Positions 1 through 9,100 of a stretch of 48,501 nucleotides of DNA are shown here, one piece after another. The notes under the pieces were generated by a model that searched no databases, was not told where the DNA came from, and saw only the letters and a list, made by a program, of their open reading frames with translations. The translations under genes and the position numbers were made by a program. The stretch spans positions 1-48,501 of the forward strand of contig CAZABJ010000014.1 in assembly GCA_964483375.1 (NCBI GenBank), read 5' to 3'. The stretch comes from an uncultured Caulobacterales bacterium. GTDB taxonomy: Bacteria > Pseudomonadota > Alphaproteobacteria > Caulobacterales > Maricaulaceae. How positions within the stretch are numbered: position 1 is the first letter of the stretch; each line of letters begins with the position of its first letter.

Positions 1-189
1 ACATTCTCGAAGCCGCCGACGCGCGCGGGCTACAAGACGGTCTTCAGCGACGGCTCGCGACCGGTTAGGCGGTTCTAGGTCCCGCTCCCGGGTCTCACAG
101 CGCCAGGGGGCCTGCGCCAGCGCGCCGAGAACGACGTCATTCCTGCGCTTCGCCTTCACGCGCCCGTCGAGCGCTGCTAGGCGAGCGTC

Positions 190-1068
190 ATGACCGACGC
201 CTCCGCCGCCCCGCCCGCCCTCACGCCGCATCTCGCTGATATCGCCGCCCGCTACGACGCCCTGTTGGTCGATGTGTGGGGCGTTCTGCACAATGGCCGG
301 GAGGCCTTCCAAGACGCCGCCGAGGCGTGCCGACGTTTCCGCGCTGAGCGAGGGCCGGTGGTGCTGATTTCAAACGCGCCCGCGCCCGCCCGGTTCGTGA
401 CGCGGGTGTTCGAACGATTGGAGCTCGCTCAGGACTTTTTCGACGGCGTAGTCACTTCCGGGGACGCCATCCACGCTGAACTGAAAGCGCGCGCGCCGGG
501 CCCCGCCTTCAAGCTGGGGCCGGACTGGGATGATCGGCTCTACGAAGATACGGGGCTGGCCTTCGCGTCCTTTGACGACGCGGCCTTCATCTCCTGCACG
601 GGTCTGTTTGAAGACGAGCGCGAAACCCCGGACGATTACGCCGAAATGCTCGCAGCCGCGAAGGCGCGGGAGATGGAGCTGGTCTGCGCCAATCCCGACA
701 TCGTGGTGCAGCGCGGAGACCGGCTCATCTATTGCGGCGGCGCGCTCGCCGAGGCTTATGCAAAACTCGGCGGCCGGGTGGTTTACGCCGGCAAGCCGCA
801 CGCGCCGATCTACGCGCTCGGCTACGCCGCATTGGCGCAAGCCGCCGGGCAAGCGCCCGCGCGCGAGCGCATCCTCGCTATCGGCGACGGGCTGGACACC
901 GACATACTCGGCGCAATGAACGAGGGGCTCGACGCGCTGTTCGTCGCCCGCGGGGTGCATGCCGAAGAACTCGCCGGCGCGGGAGACCTCGACCCGGACG
1001 CTTTGGCCGCGCTCATGGCGCGCCGAGGCCGTCGAGCGGCCTATGCGGCGCACGCCCTAGCCTGGTGA
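190..1068 (+). CDS. HAD-superfamily hydrolase, subfamily IIA-like
   Basis: ATG at 190. The 292-aa ORF has N-terminal 'LLVDVWGVLHNG' (HAD motif I context) and C-terminal 'AIGDGLDTDILGA' (motif IV). Codon usage is consistent with neighbours. Confidence 0.7.
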   Translation: MTDASAAPPALTPHLADIAARYDALLVDVWGVLHNGREAFQDAAEACRRFRAERGPVVLISNAPAPARFVTRVFERLELAQDFFDGVVTSGDAIHAELKARAPGPAFKLGPDWDDRLYEDTGLAFASFDDAAFISCTGLFEDERETPDDYAEMLAAAKAREMELVCANPDIVVQRGDRLIYCGGALAEAYAKLGGRVVYAGKPHAPIYALGYAALAQAAGQAPARERILAIGDGLDTDILGAMNEGLDALFVARGVHAEELAGAGDLDPDALAALMARRGRRAAYAAHALAW

Positions 1069-1210
1069 GGGGCGCGCAGAAAGGAGGACCCGACGCCGTT
1101 CAAGGGTCGCGGGAGCCTAACCTTTGCGGTCTTGGGGGCCTAGCGTTCGCCATTCACGCCCCTGTCATCCTGAGCCCAAAGGGCGAAGGATCTCGCGGCG
1201 ACTAGCAGCT

Positions 1211-1298
1211 GCGTAGGGCGGTGCTGAGCGAAGCGATGCCCGCCAGGTCGCGCTGCGTCGCGGCGGGCATCGGCCTGCGGCCTCAGCGCCGCCCTACG
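1211..1298. repeat. Long imperfect palindrome (REP/MITE-like element) in the convergent intergenic region
   Basis: Left arm 'cgtagggcggtgctgagcgaagcgatgcccgcc' (1212-1244) matches the reverse complement of right arm 'ggcgggcatcggcctgcggcctcagcgccgccctacg' (1262-1298), with an internal bulge. It is preceded at about 1164-1195 by 'gtcatcctgagcccaaagggcgaaggatc'. Confidence 0.45.
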
Positions 1299-1392
1299 GA
1301 CTGCGCCCTTCGGCGGCGAAGTCCCTCGCTGCGCTTGGGATGGCAGGGGCGAATATCAGCGGCTAAGGCGCAGACGCTGACGAGCGCCGCGT

Positions 1393-2076
1393 CTAGTCAA
1401 ACAGCTTATCGATGTCGCCCTGGTCGAGGCCATTGGTCTCATTGGAGCTGAATAGGGCGTCAATGGCGTCTTGGCCGACCGCCGGACCGTCGATTTGCGG
1501 GCCGTTGAGCAGATTGTCCTCCGCCCAGCGTTCCTTTTCGGACTGTTCGCTCTCCGCGTCCGCCACGCCCATCACTGAGGCGAAGCGCGAGATGCGTTCT
1601 TCGATATGGGCGAGGGTGGCGACGACTTTGGAGACGCGTTGACCCGTGATGTCCTGGAATGAGCACGCCTCGATCACGCGCATCATGGCTGCGTCCACCT
1701 CGGCCTTGTAAGCGTCGGCGTCATCGCCCGCATCCAGCTCCAACATGGCTTCGGCTTCGCGCATGATGTCGTCGGTCGCCCGTTCGGTGTCGCGCACCAC
1801 CGCATCCAGCTCAGCGCCGGCGGAGGGAAGGCGTGCGCCACGAATGTCGTTGGGACGAAGATTGGCGATTTCGTCGCGGGTGCGTTTGATGTAGGTGGCG
1901 ATGTAACGGAACTCGCCATGGACGCTGGTGTCGAGCGAAGAGAAGAACAGCTTCATCGCTTCGACGAGATTTTCGGCCAACGACAACACTTCCATCAAGC
2001 GCGGGTCGTTGAGGTCGGCTTGTTTAATGTCGGCCAGCGCGCCGCGAATGCGGTCGGCGACGTCTTGAGCAGGCAT
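1393..2076 (-). CDS. cheZ: Chemotaxis phosphatase CheZ
   Basis: Active-site motif 'FQDITGQ' matches the E. coli CheZ D143/Q147 region 'FQDLTGQ'. The acidic C-terminal 'DQGDIDKLFD' resembles the CheY-binding peptide. A good SD (aaggaaa) precedes the ATG at 2076, and the gene is directly downstream of cheY. Confidence 0.8.
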   Translation of the reverse strand: MPAQDVADRIRGALADIKQADLNDPRLMEVLSLAENLVEAMKLFFSSLDTSVHGEFRYIATYIKRTRDEIANLRPNDIRGARLPSAGAELDAVVRDTERATDDIMREAEAMLELDAGDDADAYKAEVDAAMMRVIEACSFQDITGQRVSKVVATLAHIEERISRFASVMGVADAESEQSEKERWAEDNLLNGPQIDGPAVGQDAIDALFSSNETNGLDQGDIDKLFD

Positions 2077-2117
2077 GGGCTTTCCTTACCGGATGACAGG
2101 CGACGACAGCCGGTCGC

Positions 2118-2504
2118 TTAGAAATCGCCGATGACCGAAACCATCTTCGATTTCAGCGTGGCGGCGTTGAACGGCTTGACGATGTAGTTGTTCACGCCGG
2201 CTTTTTTGGCGGCCACCACGTTCTCGGTTTTGGATTCCGCGGTGACCATGATGAACGGGGTGCCTTTGAGCTTTTCGTCCGCCCGCACTTCGCGCAGCAG
2301 CTCATAGCCGGTCATCGGTTCCATGTTCCAATCGGAAATCACCAATGAAAACGGCTGCTTACGAAGCTTCGACAACGCCTGCTGCCCGTCCGCAGCGTCT
2401 TCGACATTGTTGAAACCGAGCTGCTTCAGCAGGTTTCGGATGATCCGGATCATCGTCTTGTAGTCGTCAACCACAAGAATCGGCATCGTCATATCGACGG
2501 CCAT
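2118..2504 (-). CDS. cheY: Single-domain CheY-like response regulator
   Basis: 128 aa with receiver motifs 'ILVVDD', 'ISDWNMEPMTG' (phospho-Asp), 'IMVTAESK' and 'YIVKPF'. An SD (ggag) lies 9 nt upstream of the ATG at 2504. Confidence 0.85.
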   Translation of the reverse strand: MAVDMTMPILVVDDYKTMIRIIRNLLKQLGFNNVEDAADGQQALSKLRKQPFSLVISDWNMEPMTGYELLREVRADEKLKGTPFIMVTAESKTENVVAAKKAGVNNYIVKPFNAATLKSKMVSVIGDF

Positions 2505-2630
2505 GCGCTGCGCTCCATTCGCCCTACGTCGTCTTGCGCCAATGGCGTTGCGACGGTTTAGTCTGGCGACAGCTTAGGGGCGGAGCGCCTAAGATTCGGT
2601 GAAACGCAAGGACATGAGGGAGGGGCGCTG

Positions 2631-3083
2631 GTGAGCGAGGCCCTGGAACACGGCTATTATTTGGAAGATCTCGCCGTCGGGATGTCCGCGGAGAAAGTCC
2701 ATCTGGTCACCGAAGCCGACGTGGAGACGTTCGCTCAGCTCACCGGAGACACCAATCCCATCCACATGGACGAAGCCTTCGCCGCCAACACCATGTTCAA
2801 AACGCGCATCGCCCATGGCGCGTTCATCGCGAGCTTGTGCTCGGCGGTGATGGGGACCCAACTTCCCGGACCCGGCGCTATCTTCCGGACCTTGAACCTG
2901 AACTATCGCGGCCCGGTGCGGATCGGCGAGGAGGTGACCGCGCGCGTCGAAGTGACCGATGTGGATGATGCCCGCCAAATGGTGAAGTTGGCGATCACCT
3001 GCATCGTGCGCGGCCGCAAAGTCGTGCGCGGGGACGCCGGCGCTTGGGTGGCTCGGCGCTCAGATGTGGAGAACGCTGCGTGA
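2631..3083 (+). CDS. MaoC-like (R)-specific enoyl-CoA hydratase / hot-dog fold dehydratase
   Basis: GTG start at 2631 with the strong SD 'gagggagggg'. Hot-dog motifs 'TGDTNPIHMDEAFA' and 'IAHGAF' are present. 150 aa. Confidence 0.8.
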   Translation: MSEALEHGYYLEDLAVGMSAEKVHLVTEADVETFAQLTGDTNPIHMDEAFAANTMFKTRIAHGAFIASLCSAVMGTQLPGPGAIFRTLNLNYRGPVRIGEEVTARVEVTDVDDARQMVKLAITCIVRGRKVVRGDAGAWVARRSDVENAA

Positions 3084-4009
3084 TCCTCGTTTCGGGGCTC
3101 GACCAGGTTCCGGCCGAGGCCCGCGGCGCGGCGATCGCGCTAGGCAATTTCGACGGCCTGCACAAGGGGCATGAGGCGGTGCTCGCCGCCGCCCGCGACG
3201 CCGGGGCGCCGCTAGGGGCGCCATTGGCGGCGGCGACGTTCAGCCCGCACCCCCGCCGGTTCTTTCAACCCGACGCGCCGCCCTTTCGGCTCATGAGCGA
3301 CGAGACGCGCGCCCGCGCGCTTGAGGCGCGTGGCGTGCGCATACTTTTTGCGCTGCCCTTCGATGCGGCGATGCGCGAACGCACCGCTGACGCGTTCGTC
3401 GCACACGTCTTGGCGGAGCGTTTGGGCGCACGCGCCGTGGCGGCGGGCTTCGATTTTCGGTTCGGGCGCGATCGAACAGGCGACGCCGAGGCGTTGTCCC
3501 GGCTCGGCGCGGCGGCCGGCTTGACCGTGCGCATCGCAGATGCGGTGGATGAAGACGGCGCGAAATGCTCGTCCTCCGCCATCCGCGCCGCGCTCGCCGC
3601 CGGCGACCCTGAGGGCGCAGCCCGGATGCTCGGGCGGCCTTGGACGATTGAGGGGGCGGTGGAGGAGGGCGATCGCCGGGGTCGCCAGCTTGGTTTCCCG
3701 ACCGCCAACGTTCCCCTTGGCGATCTCGTGCGGCCGCGCTTCGGGGTTTACGCCGTGGAGGCGCGGATTGAAGGCGATCCGGTGTGGCGGCCGGGCGTCG
3801 CCAATATCGGCGTGCGTCCGACCTTTGATGGGGAAGCCCCACGGGCTGAAGCGCATCTTTTCGACTTCGCCGGGGATATCTACGGCCGCCGGTTGGAAAT
3901 CGCGCTTCGCGCGTTTTTAAGGCCGGAGCGGCGCTTTGACGGGCTCGACGCGCTTAAGGCCCAAATCACCGCGGACTTGGAGGCCGCGCGGGCCGCCCTG
4001 GTCGGATAG
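3080..4009 (+). CDS. ribF: Bifunctional riboflavin kinase / FMN adenylyltransferase
   Basis: 'GNFDGLHKGH' lies 22 aa from the proposed GTG start at 3080, the same spacing as E. coli RibF. The GTG overlaps the MaoC stop as GTGA. The C-terminal riboflavin-kinase region 'GFPTANV...GVYAV' is present. The ORF-track start at 3044 is a TTG inside the upstream gene. Confidence 0.88.
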   Translation: MILVSGLDQVPAEARGAAIALGNFDGLHKGHEAVLAAARDAGAPLGAPLAAATFSPHPRRFFQPDAPPFRLMSDETRARALEARGVRILFALPFDAAMRERTADAFVAHVLAERLGARAVAAGFDFRFGRDRTGDAEALSRLGAAAGLTVRIADAVDEDGAKCSSSAIRAALAAGDPEGAARMLGRPWTIEGAVEEGDRRGRQLGFPTANVPLGDLVRPRFGVYAVEARIEGDPVWRPGVANIGVRPTFDGEAPRAEAHLFDFAGDIYGRRLEIALRAFLRPERRFDGLDALKAQITADLEAARAALVG

Positions 4010-4114
4010 CCGCCGCAGTTTCTCCCGAAACAACTGAGATTGCATTGGGACACGCTTGCGTTCGCGCCGCTAGTCTCCGCCAAAGGGGGACCGCGTTTTG
4101 GCAGGGGGGGCGAG

Positions 4115-6127
4115 ATGCGACGCAAGCGGACGGATTGGCCCAATGGTCAAATGGCCGTGGGCGTCACCGGGCATCGAACCAACAATCCGACGCTCGTTCA
4201 AAACGAAGCGCGCGTAGCCGCCGTCATCGCAACGCTCCTGGAAACCGTCGAAGAGGCCGCACGCTCGCGCGGGGCGGCGTATTTCGCTGGCGAAGACGAC
4301 ACGATGGGCTTCCGTCTGCTGACAATGCTCGCGGACGGCGCGGACACGATCGCAGAGCAGCAAGCCCGGACGCGCGGATGGGAGATATGCGCGCCCACGC
4401 CGTTCGGGCGAGCGTTGACGGCGGCGATGTTGGCCGTGGACGCCGCCGATATTGGTGACATCGACGCCTTGCTGCAGCTGGACGCCCATCCGCCGGCTGA
4501 CGACGCGCCGCCGGCGTTCCACAAAGCCGCCGCTATGCTCGCGCGGACCCGCGACGCGCGCGTGATCGCGTTGGCCGAGCGCGACGATGAGTTCATTGCG
4601 CGCTGGAAGTCCGCGCGGGCGGCGAAAGACGCCCATCCCGAGGCGTGGACCCGGTTCGTCGACGTGTGCTCGCAACGCTATGCGCTCGGCGCACGGCTTG
4701 TCGTCGAACACGCCGACTTGTTGATCGCGGTTTGGGATGGGGAGAGCCGCGCGACGGTCGGCGGGGCGGGCCGCACGCTTGAGGTCGCGCTGAATGACGG
4801 CGTGCCCGTGATTTGGGTCAATCCCGCCCAGCCTGAAAACTGGCGGATTTTAAGAACGCGCGCAGACTTGGCCCAAGCGCGCGCCGACGACCCTGGCGAC
4901 GCAAACTTGGACGTGGTCTCAGCCTTGGTGGGATCGCTGATCGCGCCCGGTGACCCTGACCGGCCCGAAGATGTCAAGGCGTCGCGCGGGCTGGCCGCTT
5001 TTCGCCGGGTTCGCCATCGTATGTTCGGTTCGCTGGTTTGGAGCGGTTATCGGTTGTTGGAGTGGGGGTTCGGCGGCGCGCCGGACGGGGCGCGCACGGC
5101 GTTGCTGCCGCGCTTCGCAACGCCGGAAACCTATGGCGAGACTGAGCTAGGAGGCGTCTACGGCAAAGCGCGCGATCTGCTCGAGGACGACCCAGACTTT
5201 GTCGACAAGCTCCAAAGGGTCACCTCGCGCCGCTTTGCGCTGGCCGACGGCAGCGCCACGCGCCTGTCTGACGCCTATCGCGGCGGCATGGTGCTCAGCT
5301 TCGCGCTGGCATGGATCGCGGTGGTGGGCGGCGCCCTCGGGGCGGAGTCGGCCGACGCGGGGATGGCGTGGCCCTGGTTCGCCGCGCAATTCGCCACCAT
5401 CAGCGCCATTCTCGTGCTTACGCTGACGGGACGCGCGGTGTTTCGTTGGCATAGGCGATGGCTGGAGACGCGTCGGGTGGCGGAGTATCTGCGCCACAGC
5501 CACATCTTGGCGCTTTTGGGCGTGATGCGGCCGTTGGGACGATGGCCCGGCGCCGTGGGGGATCTGTGGCCGGAGTGGTACGCGCGGCAGACATTGCGTG
5601 AGATAGGGCCGCCGCGCGCGACAATCTCAGCAGACTATATTCGCGGCGTGTTCGAAGACGTGGTGCTCGACCATGTGGTGGGCCAAAGGGACTATCACGA
5701 CGCCAAGGCGCGCCGGCTGCAGTCCGTGGACCGTGCGCTGGAACGATTTGCAACGCTGGTTTTCGCCTTTGTTTTCGTGGTTGTCGGCGCGTATCTCGCG
5801 ACGACCTTTCTGGAGTTGGGCTTCTCGCTGGACGCGCGCCATATCGGCGTGTTGGGCGTGGTCACCCCGATGCTCGCCGCCACCATCGCCAGCATTCGCT
5901 TTTTCTGCGACTTCGAGCGCTTCGCCGACATTTCCGTCGCCGCGGCGGCCCGGTTCCGGAATATCGAGCGCGACATCACCGCCATGTTGGAGACCGAAGG
6001 CGCGCGGTTCGACTACGAAACCGCTTCCGCGATTTTGCATCGCATCGATGGGGCGACGGTTTCCGAACTCGAGAGTTGGCAAGCCATTTTCGGGACCAAA
6101 GGCATGATGACGCCGACTTACATGTGA
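4115..6127 (+). CDS. Membrane protein: N-terminal SLOG-like (LOG/DprA-type Rossmann) domain fused to two tandem 2-TM SLATT-like modules
   Basis: ATG at 4115 is preceded by 'gggggggcgag'. The N-terminal region has Gly-rich loops 'VGVTGHR', 'MLADGADTIAEQ' and 'LLIAVWDGESRATVGGAGRTLEVALNDGVPVIWVNP'. The C-terminal 300 aa carry two pairs of hydrophobic helices ('MVLSFALAWIAVVGGALGA' / 'WPWFAAQFATISAILVLTLTG' and 'FATLVFAFVFVVVGAYLATTF' / 'IGVLGVVTPMLAATIASIRFF'), each followed by a basic amphipathic helix. The CDS is confident; the domain assignment is inferred from motifs only. Confidence 0.55.
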   Translation: MRRKRTDWPNGQMAVGVTGHRTNNPTLVQNEARVAAVIATLLETVEEAARSRGAAYFAGEDDTMGFRLLTMLADGADTIAEQQARTRGWEICAPTPFGRALTAAMLAVDAADIGDIDALLQLDAHPPADDAPPAFHKAAAMLARTRDARVIALAERDDEFIARWKSARAAKDAHPEAWTRFVDVCSQRYALGARLVVEHADLLIAVWDGESRATVGGAGRTLEVALNDGVPVIWVNPAQPENWRILRTRADLAQARADDPGDANLDVVSALVGSLIAPGDPDRPEDVKASRGLAAFRRVRHRMFGSLVWSGYRLLEWGFGGAPDGARTALLPRFATPETYGETELGGVYGKARDLLEDDPDFVDKLQRVTSRRFALADGSATRLSDAYRGGMVLSFALAWIAVVGGALGAESADAGMAWPWFAAQFATISAILVLTLTGRAVFRWHRRWLETRRVAEYLRHSHILALLGVMRPLGRWPGAVGDLWPEWYARQTLREIGPPRATISADYIRGVFEDVVLDHVVGQRDYHDAKARRLQSVDRALERFATLVFAFVFVVVGAYLATTFLELGFSLDARHIGVLGVVTPMLAATIASIRFFCDFERFADISVAAAARFRNIERDITAMLETEGARFDYETASAILHRIDGATVSELESWQAIFGTKGMMTPTYM

Positions 6128-6149
6128 GGCGTCCCGCAATGGAGGCGGA

Positions 6150-9100
6150 CTAGTAGTCCCTTCGCCAGCGCAACGACACCGACGCGCCGGAGGTTCCGCC
6201 AAGGCGAGAGGCGAGTTCCAATTGCGGTCGCAGCCGCCATTGGATCTCCGCCGAAGTCCCCGCCACGGCGCTGCTTTCCACTTCGAGATAGACGTCATCG
6301 CCGATATAGCGGCCGCCCGTGACCACGGGACCGGTTTCTTCTCCCGAACGCACTCCCAACCGGTCGACGCCGAGGCTGCGTCGCAGCGCGCCGAGAATGT
6401 CCACGCCGCCGCCGCCCGCTAGCCCGGCGAGCGCGTTGGCGAGCTGGGCCGCCTCCAAGGCGCTCAGTTCTGACACGGACCGCCCGAACAGCAACCGAGA
6501 CAGGATTTCGTCCTGAGGATAGGCCGGTTGGCTTTCCCACGTGATCGCAGGGTCCGACGCGGCGCCGGAAATGCGGATGATCGCGGTGAGATCGGCGCGC
6601 TCTCGGCGTGCGGTGAGGTCGATGCGGGTCTCATCCAACGGCCCCACCAGCTCGATGCGCGCTTCGTCAAACACGAACCGCTCGCCGAGGGCCTCCAGCG
6701 CGCCGCGGATCAACCTGACTTCCCCGACGACAGAGGGGTCGGCGGCCGATCCGGTCGCTCTAGCGTCCACGGCCCATTCCGTCTCCAAGCCCGAGGCGCG
6801 GAAAAACACCCGGCGATCCGCGCGCACTGCGAGGTCAAGCGACAGGTCGAGCGGCGGCCCGACAGGCGGAGGCGGGGCGAGGTCGTCGGGTCTGTTTACG
6901 GGGACGATTTCCAAGACCACCACGCCGGGCGGGCCGAGTTCGGGCGGCGCCAGGTCGGCTTCGTCGATGCGCAGTTCCCCCGAAACCTCAACGCCAGCCT
7001 CAACGAGACCGATGCGAACCTCGCCGCTGCCGATGGCGCGCGCATCCGCCCGGTCGACCAGCAAGAGCCTGTCGAGGACGAGCTCGAGCGCGCCCGCGCC
7101 CGCGGCGATGTCATACCCGCCGGTCACGCTGAGCGCGCCGCCGTCTGGATCTGTTGCGCTGAGCCGGTCCAGGCTCAGACGGCCGCCGTCGAATGCGGCT
7201 GCGGCGTCAATGTCGCGAAGAGCGAGCCCGGTTGCGGCGTCGCGGACGGCGCCGTCCGACAACTGACCGCTTCCGGTCACCGCCGGAGACGCCATGGTTC
7301 CGCTCAAAGCGGCTTGAAGCGTCACCTGGCCCGCCGCCTCGATATCGCCGAACGCAAGAAGCGCAACCGCTTCGCCCAGCGCGCCTTGGATGTCGAGGAC
7401 GCCGGACAGCGCGCCAGCATCGTTGATGCGGATCGCAGGCGGCCAGGCCGCCAAAGAAACCGGCGCCGACAACGTCCCGCGCATCTCAAACCCGCCGGTT
7501 TGCGCGCGGGTCTCCGCGTCAAGAGCGTCCCCGAGCCTCATCAGCACGGATGCTGAGGCTGGTTCCGCTTGGCTCTCCGCTGCGGTCACCCCGGACAAGG
7601 CGAGTTCCGCTTCGCCCTCAAGCCGGTCAACGCCGGAGAGGGCGATCGCGCCGTCCGCCAAGCCGTCCATCGGTCCCGAAAAACCCATTGCGGACAACGC
7701 GCGCAGCGGCGCTTGTGCGAGTTGAGCCTCAAAACGCGTGGCCTCCGCGCGTGCGAACTCAATGCGAAGCGCGCCGCCTAACGACGTGGTCAGGCTCGCC
7801 GAACCCGCCAGCCCGTCGGGCGCGAAGGTGAAGCGCCAGGGGTCTTCTGCGGACAGGGCGAGTTCGCCGATGTCGGCGAGCGGGGAGAGTGTCGCAACGA
7901 TCTCGCCGTTCTCGCTGCGGCGAATGGCGCCGGCCGCCGCGAGGCTGGCCGGTTGCGGCAGCGTCGCCTCCGCCTCGAGGCGCACCGACAGCGCCTCAAG
8001 GTCGCCGAACAGCCGCAGCGTCGCAGCGGAAAGAAGGGCGTTTTCGCTGAGCCGTCGTTCGCCGAGCGTCACAACGGCTTCCACCACTTGGCCGCCGTCG
8101 GCTGCTCCCAGCGTGAGGCGGGCCTCGGCGTTTTCCTGCGGCGCGGCGAGGCGCAAGTCGCCGCGGGCGAGGGTGTCGGACCCTAAGGAGAGCGCCCCCG
8201 AGGCGCTCACGCCCAGGGCTTGTCCGCGGATCGCTTCGAAAGAAAGCGCGTCGGGCGCGAGGGCGAGCCTCCCCTCGAGGAAGACCGTCTCGCCTTCGAA
8301 CTCTGCGTCGAAGCGCAGCGGGCCGGCGAAAGCCCCCTCGGTCTCGGCGAGCGCCATTCGGACGCTGGGGGACGCCAACCCCGCATCGCCGGCGGCGATC
8401 CGGTCAGCGGCCGCCTCCAAGCGCAACGCGGGAGATCCCAGAACGCCGCGCGCCTCACCGCGCAGCGCCAAAGCGCCATCCAGCGCGATGGCGCCGCCCA
8501 GACCGCCAGGCGCGATCGCGAGATCGAATGTTGCGAGGTCGTCTTCGTCCGGGCCCAATACGCCTTCAGCCGTCCCGATGAAGCCTGCGCCTTCGGCGGT
8601 GACCTCCGCTAACCTAATCGCGCCCCCATGCAGCTGCGCTGAGACCGTGAACGCGGGTTCGGGGCCGAGTAAAGCGTCAAGCTCGGCTTGGGCGAGACTG
8701 AGGCCCGCCGCACCGCCCGTCGCTGACACGACCAAGGGGCGGCCTAGTCCGGCCCGGTCAGCCGACAGGGTGGCCTGCGCCGTCCCCGCCGCGCCTTCCA
8801 TCATCGTTGCAAGCGCGGTCAGCGCGAGGTCGACGCGGAGGGAGACCGCGCCGTCGCCGGTGAGGCGTCCGGCGCCGGCCGCCTCGCCGAACGCGCCGCG
8901 CAACGCCGCGCGGTCCAGGGCGATGTCACCGCTTTCGATGACATACCCCGCCGCGACAGAGAGCTCCGGCCGTTCGCCGAGGGCGCGCGCGAGAGGCGAG
9001 CCTGTGTCTGAGACGAGGGCGGAAATCGTTGCGGCCAAGTCGAGCGCGCCGTCGTCATGGGTGAGCGAAATCGGTCCGGATGCGGACGCTATGCTGACTG

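Noticed and set aside
4040-4114. ORF-track start (TTG at 4040) for the SLOG gene, and start (TTG at 10274) for tamB
   Set aside because: The track uses non-ATG starts translated as M. In-frame ATG or GTG codons with SD-like sequences (4115; 10256 or 10226) fit better, and the 10274 TTG would overlap the tamA stop.
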